DNA of 64,000 nt. Origin: Malacoraja senta. Its lineage: Eukaryota. Of this stretch, positions 12,621-25,859 are shown piece by piece. How positions within the stretch are numbered: position 1 is the first letter of the stretch; each line of letters starts with the position of its first letter. The DNA lies in assembly GCA_038087875.1 (NCBI GenBank), contig CM075988.1:8310001-8374000 (forward strand). Direction: 5' to 3'. The notes under the pieces are model-generated. The model worked only from the letters and a program-made list of their open reading frames with translations, did no database searches and had not been told where the DNA came from. The position numbers and the translations under genes are program-made.

Positions 12621-14391
12621 ATCTTTACCGGGTCACTGTTCACAAGAAACGGTGATGAAAGGACACTGAGAATCAGTACAGTATAAATCACAAAGACCAC
12701 CCAAATTCCCAGCAACTATTCCCAATAACGCATGCTCTTGGTCACAATTCCACAATGATGAGGTTCCACAATTTGAAAACCCCTCACCCACAGTCTATTA
12801 CACCCGAAGGTTCCACTGGTCTCAGTGGCTCACAGATTTTATTATGAGAATGATATGAAATAAACGGCTTGGTTTGTTGTAATAAATTTGTTATCTTCAC
12901 AAAATGTCAGAGTGGTCTGACCTTGGGTGTCTGTGTGACCGCACATCCCTGTTTGAATACAAAATCAAACTTTACAAGGGATACCTTGACAATCAAGCGG
13001 GCCGGGGAACAAAGGCTGAAATGTATCTGCTGACAGTGACGGAAGACTGTATTATCTGCAGTAATGATTCTATTTCAGCCTGACTGCGGTGCTTATAATG
13101 GTCAATTACGAGGCCTCTCTATTTGAGGTTGCGAGACCTCCAGGGAATCGTTCCTGGATCACGGGGGTAGAAAACAACAGGACAAAGGGTGGTTTGGGAG
13201 GGGGGGGGGGGGGTAGGGGAAGAGGAGCTCTTCTGAGTTGCAACATGATGGGAATTTGATGCAAACAATAAAGTGCATATGGGACTCCCTGCAATCAACA
13301 CACGGGAAGGTGAGGAGAATGCCAAGTACCTTGGCTTCTCCCTTCTACACAGACCACAGATCCCTGGGCTTTTCTGAATGAACTAAGCTACCTCCCCACC
13401 CAGCTTCAGGTCATCAGCAGTGTGGAAAAGCAGCCTTCTATTTTGCTTCCACAGCAGACAGATGCACATATTCTTTCCTTGCAGCACATATTGCGGTAAA
13501 TTTGTGACTGGCATTTAAATAGGCTTTAAAAAAATAGGCGTAGATAGGGTAGAAGCATGGACAGTCAGAACCTTTCTCCCAGGGTGGAAATGTCTCGGAT
13601 TAGAGGGCACAGATTTAAGGTGAGAGGTGCACAGTTTAAAAGGAGATATGAGGGGAAAGTTTTTAGACAGAAGGTGGTGGGTGCTTGGAATGCTCTGCCA
13701 GGAGTGGTGAACATAGAACATAGATCAGTGCAGCACAATGCCTGTGCCGAACATAATGCCTGGACGATCTCTTATCTGCCTGCTTTCCCTGCTGCATCTC
13801 TAAACCAAACTAAACACAAGACCACAAATTCTAACCAAAATGATTGATTCTTGATTAGCACAGATGTCAGAGGTAGTGGGGAGAAGGGTTTGGGAGTGAG
13901 AGATAGATCAGCCATGATTGAATGGCGGAGTAGACTTGATGGGCCGAATGGCCTAATTCTACTCCTATACCTTATGACCTTATGACTCACACTTGCCCAC
14001 TGAGTGTCGAATCTGCTCCTTGCTCTCAAAACATCAGGACTGCTCAGCGGGTGATAGAAACACTTCCAGTGTTGACTACAAACTCCAACACCAGCAGCTT
14101 TGAGAGGTGGAGAGGGAAAAGTGAAGCATAAGTGCCTTTATTATTCAGGTTGAAGTGAGTTTATTGTCATGTGTCCCTGATCGGACAATGAAATTCTTGC
14201 TTTGCTTCAGCACAACAGAACATAGTAGGCATTGACTACAAAAACAGATCAGTGTGTCCATATACCATTATATAAATATATACACACATTTAACCTCAAT
14301 AGAATTGATCTGTAGGGCCCAGCTGAAGAAGCTTTGCATTTATGTTGGCAGGTGAACTTGTCTCTTTTGTGAAATCTGATAATAAAGTTCC

Positions 14392-14678
14392 ATTTAGTTT
14401 AGAGATACTGGGTGGAAACAGGCCCTTCGGCCCACCATGCTGACCAACGATTGCCCCACACACTAGTTCTATCCTACACTCTGGGGACAATTTACAGAAG
14501 CCAATTAACCCACAAACCCGCAGGTCTTTGGGATGTGGTAGGAAACCGGAGCACCTGGAGAAAACCCACACGGTCACAGGGCAAATGTGCAAACTCCGTA
14601 CGGACAGCCCCCATAGTCAGGCACAAATGCCAGCTGTCTGGTGCTGTAAGGCAGCAACTCTACTGCTGCGCCACCATG
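14392..14678 (-). mobile_element. HE1-like V-SINE
   Basis: Same head, V-domain and tail as the other copies. Confidence 0.85.
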
Positions 14679-15616
14679 ACGCTCAACATTTCCAAAATCC
14701 AGATTATTTAAGAAATTGAATCCGCTTGTACCGGCTAACAAAATGAAATGATTTGGTTTGAAAGGAAACCCATCGTTTCTGGGTATTTATTATAATGTTA
14801 TAAGATAAACATTGATTACACTGAACTACCAGAGAGTGGGTTTCATTATGGGGCGCTGGGAAGAATCTTGTTTTCTAAGTGGAAACAGATGTCCTGAAGT
14901 TGTCCACAAATACACCCCCTTGGGTCCGAGCACTGGTTGTGATAACGACTTCTGTCATACTCTCTGAGGTGTGCACCAGGTTTTCATTTCCATTGTAACA
15001 CCTGCCATTGGCACTAAGGATTCAAGACGGCACCACTATCTCTCCCACCTTAAATTAACAGAAAATCAGAGGATCAATTCCCGTATGAGGTACAATAAGG
15101 TAAATGATTGCAACAAGAGTTCAGCTTCAGATGGAATAATTAGCCTCTGTGTGTTTGGTCCAGGGAATACAAGCATCAGCAAAGCTATTAATTTCCACAA
15201 TAATTCAAAGACAGAATCAGGTTTGGAGGTGATGCTTCATACAACTTAAGACCCAGTCAGCATTTAGTAACACCGCCGATATGTGAAAGGTTATAAATTG
15301 GCCAAAGGACTGGATTATAATCAGTTGCTATGGAGTCAGTTAACCACAAGAATCAATACTCTTATGAGAACTTAAGAACCATAATGAAAAGATATTTATC
15401 TTAAATTACGATTGAAAATTATTCAAACCCATCAAAGCTTTATTCACCTGCTGATAATCTTTCCCTTCTTAAGTGATTCCCTGTGAAAGAATCAGATGTC
15501 AATCCCTGTAATCTTGCAAGTATTAATATCACAAATGTAATCATTTGTTTTCGATCCCCAATTGCAGTTGATACTCTAAGGAGCAGTTGTACAAAACACA
15601 TTGGAAATAAGCGCAT

Positions 15617-15744
15617 GTTTAAGAAGGAACTGCAGATGCTGTAAAATCGAAGGTAGACAAAAATGCTGGAGAAACTCAGCGGGTGAGGCAGCATCTATTG
15701 AGCGAAGGAAATAGGCAACGTTTCGGGCCGAAACCCTTCTTCAG
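15617..15744 (-). mobile_element. PLE terminal-repeat fragment with intact minimal hammerhead core (15717-15744)
   Basis: Minus strand reads CUGAAGA-A-GGGU-UUCG-GCCC-GAAAC-GUU, with a palindromic AACGUU stem III. The 5' stem-I strand is truncated. Confidence 0.75.
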
Positions 15745-16049
15745 AATAAGCCCATGCCAGGGCTTGAATGAGGTACTTGTTTCTAAATGCTGATTTTGAT
15801 TTTGTATCTTCTCACTCTTTGCTCACAGAACAGTGTGGAATAATGGAGGGCCTCACAGAATAATCGAACTCCGCCTCTGGTTATGGATACCCCAAGCCTG
15901 GACAAAAGAGGAGGGCTTGGTCCGAGGCCTAACACCCCTACCCCATAAAACCCAAAACTCGCTATGGAAACAGCAAGCATAAACTATACTGGAAACATCT
16001 TCTCTGCCAAAGCTGCTATGGGACGCAAACTTATCGAGTGGTGGATGAC

Positions 16050-16542
16050 ATAGAAACATAGAAAATAGATGCAGGAGGAGGCCATTTGGCCCTTCGAGCC
16101 AGCACCGCCATTCATTGTGATCATGGCTGATCGTCCCAAATCAATAACCCATGCCTGCCTTCTCCCCATATCCCTTGATTCCACTAGCCCCTAGAGCTCT
16201 ATCTAACTCTCTCTTAAACCCATCCAGTGATTTGGCCTCCACTGCTCTCTGTGGCAGGGAATTCCACAAATTCACAACTCTCTGGGTGAAAATGTTTTTT
16301 CTCACCTCAGTTTTAAATGGCCTCCCCTTTATTCTAAGACTGTTGCCCCTGGTTCTGGACTCGGCCAACATTGGGAACATTTTTCCTGCATCTAGCTTGT
16401 CCAGTCCTTTTATAATTTTATATGTTTCTATGAGATCCACCCTCATCCTAATAAACTCCAGTGAATACAAGCCTAGTCTTTTCAATCTTTCCTCATATGA
16501 CAGTCCCGCCATCCCAGTGAACCTACGCTGCACTGCCTCAAT
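16050..16542 (-). mobile_element. Young CR1 (HER1-like) LINE 3' end
   Basis: ORF IEAVQRRFT..GLSYEERLKRLGLYSLEF..LIETYKIIKGLD..SRTRG..FTQRVVNLWNSLPQ, followed by the 3' UTR and a (TTTCTATG) tail. Confidence 0.92.
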
Positions 16543-16747
16543 CAAAAGGACGCCGCACATAGCCGAACGGAATGGCGAAAGCTCGCCGCCCAATGCACTC
16601 AATAGTGTGGGTGGAACTAAGTTTAAGTAAAAGTCACAGAATAATCAAGGGCCTGATAGATCAACAATGTGATGACATCTTCCATGGTCGAACCTACCTT
16701 AGTAGCAGACATTAAGGTAATGGTTCTATAAGGTTGGACGCTTCTCT

Positions 16748-17060
16748 AAGTTTAGTTTAGAAATACAGCTTGGAAACAGGCCCTTCGGCCCACCTAGTCT
16801 GTGCCGACCAGCGATTCCCGTACACTAATAACACTATCCTGTAGGGACAATTTACAATTTTTTCCAAAGCCAAATTAACCTACAAACCTGTAGTGTGGGA
16901 GGAAACCGGAGCACCTGGGGAAAACCCACGCGGTCACGGGGAGAAAGTATAATCTCGGTACAGACAGCACCTGTAATCAGCATCGACCCTTGGCTAACAG
17001 GATTATGGCAAGGGTCTCTGGTGATGCACGGCAGCAACTCTACTGCTGCGCCATCGTGCC
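16748..17060 (-). mobile_element. HE1-like V-SINE
   Basis: Head, V-domain and tail present. Confidence 0.85.
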
Positions 17061-17454
17061 TTCCCTACCTTTCTTAATTTTGTCAATGAGGTAAGGATGG
17101 GGCATTCCCATTCACCAGGTGATGGTATTATACTCAAACATAGTTCATTCACTCAGTCCTGCGGGAATGAAGGAGAGTTGGGTTCTAACCCTGCATGATC
17201 TAAACAATTCGGGATTTTTTTCAGTAACCCATGGAGATTCCTGTCTAAATACTATCATTTCACTTAGTTAAACCCTGTTATCTAATATAAGTGGACCATG
17301 AACTCAATAACAATTTAATCTTGCAATTTAATCTATACATATAATTTTATCCAGAATATCATAGGTTTGTCAATCGTTTTCCTAGTTGTTCATTTCAGAG
17401 CAACGCTTCAGCACCCGTGCATCTTGGAATGTACCGGAGGGGATTGGAGGGGTG

Positions 17455-17765
17455 CTAGTTTCGAGATACAGCATGGAAACGGGCCCTATAGCCCACTGAG
17501 TCCACACCGACCATCAATTACGCAATCACGCACTAGTTCTATATTGTCCCACTTTCTCATCCACTCCCTGCACACTAGGGGCCATTTACCGAGGCCAGTT
17601 GGCCTACAAAATCCGCACGTCCACGGGATGTGAGAAGAAACCGGAGCACACGGAGGAAACCCACGCGGTCACAGGGAGAAAGTGCAAACTCCACACAGAC
17701 AGCACTCAAGGTCAGGATGGGTCTCTGGTGCTCTGAGGCAGCAGCTCTAACAACTGCGCCACCCA
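17455..17765 (-). mobile_element. HE1-like V-SINE (older subfamily)
   Basis: V-domain GTGTGGAGTTTGCACTTTCTCCCTGTGACCGCGTGGGTTTCC on minus. Confidence 0.8.
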
Positions 17766-18119
17766 AATATAACAAGAAATCCCAATATGAGGGATTCTAC
17801 AGGCAGAGTAAAGCAAGGAACCGACTATACTGACGATGGATGGCTAAGGTAAGTTGGGAGCTTGTTCATTTGGACCTGGAGTAACAGCGTGGAGAAAGAG
17901 AAGGAGGAACAGGAACAACGCACTGGCACAGCACCACCACTCACCCCAAGTGCTGTGACCAGCCAAGGTGAAAGGAAGCGGCAAAAAGAGAATGTCGGTC
18001 AACTCCCTGGAGGTCTTCCTTCTGCAAGGAACCACGTAATGGTCACGCTGGAACTTGCTCCTGATCATACAGGCAGCTGTGACCACCACACTAGGAGTTG
18101 CAGCAGGAGTTGCAGCAGT

Positions 18120-18558
18120 TCCCTGCAGGAACTATACATCAGAAGGTGCAACTCCAGAGACAACAAGATCATGGGAGACCCCTTCCATCCCTGCAACGGA
18201 CTGTTCCAGCTGCTCCGGTCAGGCAAACGCCTCCGTTGCCATGCTGTGAAAACGGAGAGGATGAGAAGGAGTTTCTTCCCAGAGGCCATTAGGACTGTAA
18301 ACTCCTATCTCACCAGGGACTAACTTTACTGTAACATTGTACCATTTTACTGTTGTGTGGTGTCTTTTAAAAATAGCTGTTTTTTTCTTTTTTCCTCCCA
18401 CAAATATGTAATATGTGAATATGTGAATATGTAATTCTGTTCCATTCTGTGTGTAGTTTTTTTTTTTTTTTGCACAATTCACGAGCATCGCCACTTTTCA
18501 TTTCACTGCATATCTCCTATGTGTGTGTGACGAATAAACTTGACTTGACTTGACTTGA
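18120..18558 (+). mobile_element. Rex1/Babar LINE 3' end
   Basis: LQELYIRRC...KIMGDPFHPCNGLFQLLRSGKRLR...TERMRRSFFPEAIRTVN is a Rex1-type C-terminus. Tail is AATAAA(CTTGA)4. Confidence 0.88.
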
Positions 18559-18645
18559 GTTACATGTAGCCCCAGACACTGAGATGAGTGTGGACATGAA
18601 GGCAACTGAGCTGCTTGGTGCTGAGGCAGAGGAGAAATGCACCAA

Positions 18646-19275
18646 AAGGCTTAGGAAGTCTGGCATGTCCTCAACAACTCTCACCAACTTCTACAGAAGC
18701 CCCATAGATAGCATTTTATCGGTATGCATCACAGTTTGGTTTGGGAGTAGCTCCTTCCAAGAGCACAAAACATTGCAGTGAATTGTGGATGCAGCCTAGA
18801 GCATCGCACAAACCAGCATCTGCAGTTCCTTCCTATGCACAAAGCAACCTCCCTTCCATTGATTCCATTTATACCTCACGCTGCCTCAGCAAGGCCAGCA
18901 GCATAATCAAGAATGAGTCGCACCCTGGCCACTCCCTCATCTCCCCTCCCCCATCGGGCAAAAGATATATAAGTGTGAAAATGCACACTCCAGATTCAGG
19001 AACAGTTTCTTCCCAGCTGTTATCAGGCAACTGAATCATCCTATCACAAGCAGAGAGCAGTCCTGAACTATTATCTACCTCATTGATGACACTCGGACTA
19101 TCTTTCATCAGACTTTGCTGGCTTTACCTTGCACTAAACGTTATTCCCTTATCCTGTGTCATCTATACACTGTAAAAGGCTCAATTGTAATCATGTATTG
19201 TCTTTCCGCTGACTGGTTAGCACGTAACGAAAGCTTTTCATTATACCTCAGTACACATGACAATAAACTAAACTG
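18646..19275 (+). mobile_element. Second Rex1/Babar LINE 3' fragment
   Basis: RLRKSGMSSTTLTNFYRSPIDSILSVCITVWFG (DUF1891-like) and LPSIDSIYTSRCLSKASSIIKNESHPGH. Tail is aataaactaaactga. Confidence 0.88.
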
Positions 19276-19499
19276 AGGTGTAATCAGAGGTGGCATTGAG
19301 GTACCAAATGGAAGGTCCTGAACTATCTCCACACCCACTGGTCAACATCCCCAATACCTGTGAATATGGATAGAAGACATCTTATGACTTTCTCACTTCA
19401 CTGGGTTCTTGACCAGATTTACTCGCGAGTTTTGCTTTCTATCCACCAATTTAAAGATTGATAGGTTGATATGCAAAGATGACGATTTATTTCTTTTAA

Positions 19500-19710
19500 A
19501 AAGACACAAATTGCCAAGGTAACTCAGTGAGTCAGGCAGCATCCTTAAAGAACATGGATAGCTGACGATTCGGGTTGAGACCCTTCTTCAGACCCAACCC
19601 GAAATGTCACCTATCCATGTTCTCCAAGAATGCTGCCTGACTTGCCTGCCTGGAATACTCCAGCACTTAGTGTCTTGTTTTAAACAAGCATCTGCACTTC
19701 TTTATTTCTC
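19500..19710. mobile_element. PLE terminal-repeat fold-back (inverted pair)
   Basis: gagtcaggcagcatcc...cgggttgagacccttcttcaga followed by cccgaaatgtcacctatccatgttctcc...gctgcctgac. Confidence 0.7.
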
Positions 19711-20169
19711 TACGTGAGATTTAGATTTATTTGTATTTTTCTTTTGTCATAAGACAAAAGTCAACAAAAATCTTTGGAGCGTTGAATTAAAACTTTGTTT
19801 AATATTGTGTTTTTATTAATATAAGGGCCTGAAGAAAAGAGAGAATTGAGGCTGGCGAAGGGTTTATCATATAGGTGAGGATTTTAAACTGAGGGAATTG
19901 CCTGGTCTGCGGTAACCAAGGCTATGGAAATATAAAAAGAATGGCCTAAAGCGGTCCTGCAGTCTCCACAAATTCTGTGCTCCCTTAATTACAGCATCTC
20001 ACCATTCTTCTGATCAATGTTATGTATGTTCTCTGAGGTATCTGAGTTTATTTGCCTGTGATGCCTGCTGCAGGCAAGATTTTCATTGTACCTGCACTGA
20101 ACGTACATGTGAAATCAACTCAACTTGATTTGTTGCTGATGGGTTGAAATGAAATTGTTGCCTGAAAAC

Positions 20170-20526
<357 letters not shown>

Positions 20527-20829
20527 CAGTGGACAGAGGAGCAGGCCAGACACCTAACTAGATGTGGATTTTCTTATGCACAGTAGGGAAATTATTCAGG
20601 TTTTTTTTCTACAGCATGCTCGAAGTCACTTCAAAATCATGATTTAATCATGCAAAAAAACACAGTATCAGCTTGAGTAAGTCATTGATTTAGGTCTTGC
20701 ACCATCTGCTGCATAGATTGCATATTGATTTGCATTATAAAGGTAAATTAAATCACTTAGTATATCCAGGAGCTAACTCTTAATTCTGCTTTAGATGGGA
20801 CGTGCTGTTGTTATGTGGAACATGGTGAG

Positions 20830-21300
20830 ACTTGGAATTACAGAAATGTACAGCATGGCAACAGGCCATTCAGCCCAAATAATCCATGCTGACCAGTGGA
20901 CACTCTTCTGTATTAATTCCCTCTCCATCACTTGGTCCATAGCCTTCTTTGCCCAGTAATTCAAGTGCTTGTCTGGACATTTCAAATGCTCTCAGCAGCT
21001 CAGATTCAACCCTTTTCTCAGTCAGGGCATTCCAGGTTCTTACTGCTCTCTGGGTGAAGGTCCCCGTCTAATCCCTACTTACCCTAAATTCATATCTTTT
21101 GGTTTTATCTGTCTCTAAATTGGGGAAAACTTTAGGTGCTGTCTACCGTATCTCCTATAGATATCTCATATATTTATACATCTCTCTTGATCTCCTCTGC
21201 TCGAGGGAGAAGTGACCTAGTTTCTCCAGTCTCTCCTCATAACTGACCTGCTTCAACACTGGCAACATCCTGGTCAGCCTCCTCTGCACCCCACCCCCCC
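20830..21300 (-). mobile_element. CR1 LINE 3' fragment (older)
   Basis: acaggccattcagccc 3' UTR motif plus decayed ORF2 C-terminal sequence. Confidence 0.65.
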
Positions 21301-21334
21301 CCCCCCCCCCCCCCACCCCCTGCATTATCACATT

Positions 21335-21656
21335 GGGGGCAGCACGGTGGCACTGCGGTAGAGTTGTTGCCTTACAGTGTCAGAGACCCGGCTTCGATCC
21401 AGACTACTGGTGCTCATCTGTACGGGGTTTGTACCTTCACCCCATGACCGCGTCGGTTTTCCCTGTGATCTCTGGTTTCCTCTCTCACTCCAAAGACGCA
21501 CAGGTTTGTTAGTTAATTGGCTTGGTACAATTGTAAATGATCCCTAGTGTGTGTGTGTAGGATAGCATTAGTGTGTGGGAATGCTGGTTGGCCCCAGACT
21601 CAGTGGGCTGAAGGGTCTGTTTCTGCGTGTGTATCTCTAAACTAAACTAAACTAAA
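21335..21656 (+). mobile_element. HE1-like V-SINE, full length, plus strand
   Basis: GGGGCAGCACGGTGGCACTGCGGTAGAGTTGTTGCC...GCTTCGATCC...tail TCTCTAAACTAAACTAAACTAAA. Confidence 0.9.
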
Positions 21657-21819
21657 ATCCTTCCTATATCTTGGTGACTGGAACTGTACCCTGTATTCCA
21701 GCTGAGGTCCCACCAAGGTTTTATAAAGTTGGAGTAGATCGTCCCTACTTTGGCATTCAGTGTCCTGACTGAATCAGTCCAGTATCCTATATGCCCTCCT
21801 AACTATGTCATCTACCTGC

Positions 21820-22276
21820 TTCCCGGAATGGCGGGACTGACCTGTGATGAAAGAATGGGTCAACTTCACTGGAATTCATTGGAATTTATAAGGATAAGAG
21901 GGGAATCTTATAGAAACATAAAATTTGTAAGGGATTGGACAGGCTAGATGCAGGCAAAATGTTCTCCATGTTGAGGGAGTCCAGAACCAGGGGTCACAGT
22001 TTAAGAATAAGAGGTATGCCATTTAGGACAGAGATGAGGAAAAACCTTTTCACCCAGAGAGTTGTGAATCTCTGCCACAGAATGCAGTGGAGGCCAATTC
22101 ACTGGATGTATTTAAGAGATAAATATAGCTCTTAGGGATGACAGAATCAAGGGATACGGGGAGAAAGCAGGAACTACTGATTTTGGATGATCAGCCATGA
22201 GCATATTGAATGGCGGTGCTGGCTCAAAGGGCCAAATGGCCTACTCCTGCACCTAAATTCTGTTTCTATGTTTCCA
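21820..22276 (+). mobile_element. CR1 (HER1-like) LINE 3' end
   Basis: PGMAGLTCDERMGQL and LDRLDAGKMFSMLRESRTRGHSLRIRG..FTQRVVNL, followed by the 3' UTR. Confidence 0.9.
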
Positions 22277-22444
22277 TGTCACCTATGTTGCCACATTTAA
22301 GGATCCTATGGACGTACTCCAAGGTTCCTCTGTTCCTCAACTCCCAAAACGCATCACCTCACACTCAGCTTTGGGTGGTCCAGCCTGATTAGATGGCAGA
22401 TGACAAAACCATCAGTCCAGCTACCTGTTCAAATGTCCACACAC

Positions 22445-22897
22445 TATAGACTTTACTTTAGAGATACAGCGTGCAGAAACATGTCCTTCGGCCCACCGAG
22501 TCTGCACTGACCCACAGTCACCCCGTACACTAACATTATCGTACGCACTTGGGGTGGGAGATTGCAACCTTCACGTGGTCCACCCTGTTTTGACGAATGC
22601 AATCAACCCGGCGTGCACAATCGAATAAGATCAAATAGAAAATGTTGTCCTACAACTTTAGGCTGTGGAAGAAGAAGAGATCATATACACTGGGACAATT
22701 TGCCATTTTACCAAAGCCAATTACCTACAAACCTGTACACCTTTGGCATGTGGGAGGAAACCGGAGCACCCGGACAAAATCCGCGCAGTTACAGGGAGAG
22801 CGTACAAATTCTGCACAGACAGCACCCGTAGTCAGGATCGAACCCAGATCTCTAGCGCTGCAAGGCAGCAGCTCTACCGCTGCACCACCATGCCACC
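22445..22897 (-). mobile_element. HE1-like V-SINE interrupted by a ~130-bp GAA-tailed insert (~22550-22680)
   Basis: The SINE tail and body are separated by ggggtgggagattgcaacc...tgtggaagaagaagaga. Confidence 0.8.
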
Positions 22898-23389
22898 TTT
22901 GACTTAGTGATAGTCACACCAGTGCTGTAGCTGGTGTGAGGCAGAGGCCAATAGTTTTAATGTGGGAGAGTGTGTCAAAGCTGGAGGCAGGAGGTTATTG
23001 AGCAGACAAGGAAATGGAGAAAAGTATTGGTCAATAAAGGGTCAAGGATTAGGTGGTCAATATTTGGAAAGTGCAGATACAAATTAATTGGAGTGTTCTT
23101 ATTGAGGGAGGGACACTTGTTTAGAGGATAGAGAGAGATGCGGGGGGTGGGGGGGGGGAGGGGTTGGAGGTGGGGGTGGTGACATAAAATAGTGACGAAA
23201 TTTAGTGCTATCTGTGCATAACAAGTAAATGCATTCAAAATCTCATCCATAAACTGCATCCCTAAAACTACGTTTTTAATGACAATCTGACATTTTTATG
23301 TTACTTTCTTAAAGATTTTTAACACTAAATTCAAATTCAAAGACTGCCCCGGAGAGATTTGAACATGTAGTTTCTAGGAGCAAATAGTC

Positions 23390-23945
23390 AGCAGTACAGT
23401 GGTACAGCTGGCTGCCTTACAACGCCAGAGACTTGGGTTCGATCCTGACGTCAGCTCTGCCCTACTTTGACAAAAGGAAGCAACTGACAGAAAGGCGTTT
23501 TCTTGTAAATGAGGAAAATGTGTTTTTCTTTCAGCGCTCTGTGATGAAATTTCTTACTTCTCTGGTATAAATATTTTCAAATTGTACTCAGAGAAGACTT
23601 ATTTTGTTCACCATTGCGTAGAGCATATCTCAAATACCCTAAAACAAGCAATAACTCCATTTTGACAAAATTGTCAGTTGCTTCCTTTTGTCAAATTTGG
23701 GCAGAGCTGCTGTCTAATGGAGTTTGCATGTTCTCCCTGTGACCGCATGGGTTTCCTCCAGGTGTTCCAGTTTACTCCCACATTAAAATAGGTTTGTTGG
23801 TGAATTGGCCTATGTAAATTGCACCTAGTGGATACGAAAGTGGGATAATATAGAACTAGTGTAAATGGGACGATCGATAGTTTGCATGGACTCAGTGGGG
23901 TAAAGGGCCTGTTTCCATGTCATATCTTTAGATTCAGTTCAATCA
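23390..23945 (+). mobile_element. HE1-like V-SINE split by a TIR element
   Basis: The head (...gggttcgatcctgacg) resumes at gctgtctaatggagtttgcatgttctccctgtgacc after 23708. Confidence 0.8.
23457..23704. mobile_element. Unclassified 248-bp non-autonomous TIR DNA element
   Basis: 33-bp TIR CTGCCC(T/A)A(C/A)TTTGACAAAAGGAAGCAACTGACA with 2 mismatches. AGCT lies on both sides (23453-56, 23705-08). Confidence 0.8.
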
Positions 23946-25452
23946 ATTCAATCAAACATAACATCGAAACATTTGCTACATTGCAATGCCCCACATAAAA
24001 GTGAGAGAAATGGGTGAAACAATGATGTTTGAAATAACTACAAACCAAGACACAGAATGCTGCAGTAACTCAGCGGGTCAGCCAGCATCTATGGAGACGT
24101 CTCAGGTTGGGACCCTTCTTCAGACCTCAACAGCTACTAAACAAACTAGAGCATTGAGACCTCAAATACACATGGGATCCAATGATATACCTTGTGTCCC
24201 TAGAGAATAGTATTTATGGAGTGCTGCAGAATAGTATTTATGAAGTGCTGACACACCTAAATCTAACTTTGTGAACACATTTGTATGAACAGTTTAATGC
24301 AGCTTCATTGCGTGCTGTGCTCCTCACGATTAATGACACAGTTTGATGGGAAACTGACAAAGTTCAAGAACATGAAAGGTACTTCCCTTTTAGTGTTGCA
24401 TCAACTTGACAGCAAAATCACTTGTTGTGCTGAAAGAGTGCCTTTAACAACCCTATTTAAATAACAAGCAATTTAAACAAATTCTCGAGAGGCCCTACTC
24501 CAGGAGTCACCAATGCTGAGACTGACCCAGCTATATTGGTTTATTGGACGCTTTTTTTTCATATGCAATTTGTTTTAAACAGACATATACGTGTCGCAGA
24601 AACAAATTAGTTTGATCTGTGCCAAAAATAAGAACAGAAGCAGCAAACCAGGGCAGTCCATTCCATCTGAAGAAAGGTCCCGGCCCGAAATGTCGCCTTA
24701 TCTGAGATGTTGCCTGACATCTGAGCTGAGCTACCCCAGCACTTTGTGTCTTCTTTTGAAAACCAGCATCTGCTGTTCCTTGTTTCTACAGTCGATCCAG
24801 TCCCTTGTGTGTTACACCACTCAAATGGGTTATTGTGGCCAACATTACCACGGTTGACCAGTTTAGTTTGTTAGTTCATTAGTTTATTGTCATGTAAACA
24901 GTCAAATGCTTGTTCTGCATGTTCTACATGCAGTCCAATTAAATCATATTATAAATGAGTAAAAAAACAATAGATCCTCCTTAGAGCTGCATCCAGAGTG
25001 CCACCGTGCTCCAGCAAAATCTTCCAAGTTCCAAGACTCTGAGAAGTCCCATCTTGGCCAAAGGGGCGTTTTCTTAATTTCCCACATTAAGGCCCCCGCG
25101 TCCTGGCGACACCAGATCGATGAAGTAGGGGTCAGTCTGGCGTAGCACGATGCCGCCGGCTCCTTTCACCACTCAACCTCCTGCACTCCAAGGAATACAT
25201 TCCTAGCCTGCCCAACCTTACCCAATTGCTCTGGCCCTCGGGTCCTGGAAAAATTAATCGTCAATCCTCTCTGCACTCTCTCCAGCTTATGTATTGAGAT
25301 ACAGCACAAGAACAAGTCATTCGGCCCACTGAGTCCATACTCACCATCAACCATCACAACGTAAAATATTTGTCCGGCTATTTACTCAAATGCACCCCTT
25401 GGATTTAGTGGTAGCCATGCCATGGCGATTGCCAGCATGATTCAGAGACTAA

Positions 25453-25859
25453 AGGGCCTGTCCCACGAGCATGCGACTGCATGTGGCAAGCGCGACCTAA
25501 CCGGAAGCGGGGGCTGCGTGGAGGTCGAGTGATTGACGTGAAGTTCGAGCGAAGTCCGCAGGAAGTTCGCACGTGACGTACGCCATCAAGACGCTGCGTA
25601 CGGCATCGAGACGCACCGCACGCCCGTCGAGGCGGTGCGTAAGGCGTCAAGGCGGCTGCAGGCCGGCAGGCTGTTGCCGCGCGGGATTTTTGAACAGTGT
25701 CAGTTTTTCGGAGCCCCGCGCGATGTCGGGACCAGCTCCGCACAACTCCATACGGCTCTGGCGATCGAAGTGGGACCGGCCCCGCGAGGCCGTATGGCTC
25801 AAGCGACCACGTTAGGTCGCGCTTGCCGCATGCAGTCGCATGCTCGTGGGACAGGCCCT
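25453..25859. mobile_element. PIF/Harbinger-type MITE, family B (407 bp, CpG-rich)
   Basis: About 49-bp TIR AGGGCCTGTCCCACGAGCATGCGACTGCATG(T/C)GGCAAGCGCGACCTAAC. TAA TSD at 25450-52 and 25860-62. Confidence 0.9.

Noticed and set aside
14856..15048. Minus-strand exon candidate (...CRLESLVPMAGVTMGNENLVHTSESMTEVV...)
   Set aside because: All three frames hit a stop soon after the best acceptor, and there is no evidence for readthrough or a SECIS.
17862..18323. 153-aa ORF as a host gene
   Set aside because: Its C-terminal half is a Rex1/Babar LINE remnant fused by chance to upstream sequence.
20615..20676. Plus-strand micro-exon with good acceptor and gtaagt donor
   Set aside because: Stops in all three frames; at most non-coding, and unsupported without RNA data.
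21335..21410. tRNA gene
   Set aside because: The A/B-box-like region is the tRNA-derived SINE head and continues into the V-domain and LINE-like tail.
24204..24250. ~24-bp tandem duplication agaatagtatttatg(g/a)agtgctg
   Set aside because: Ordinary local slippage duplication with no further structure.
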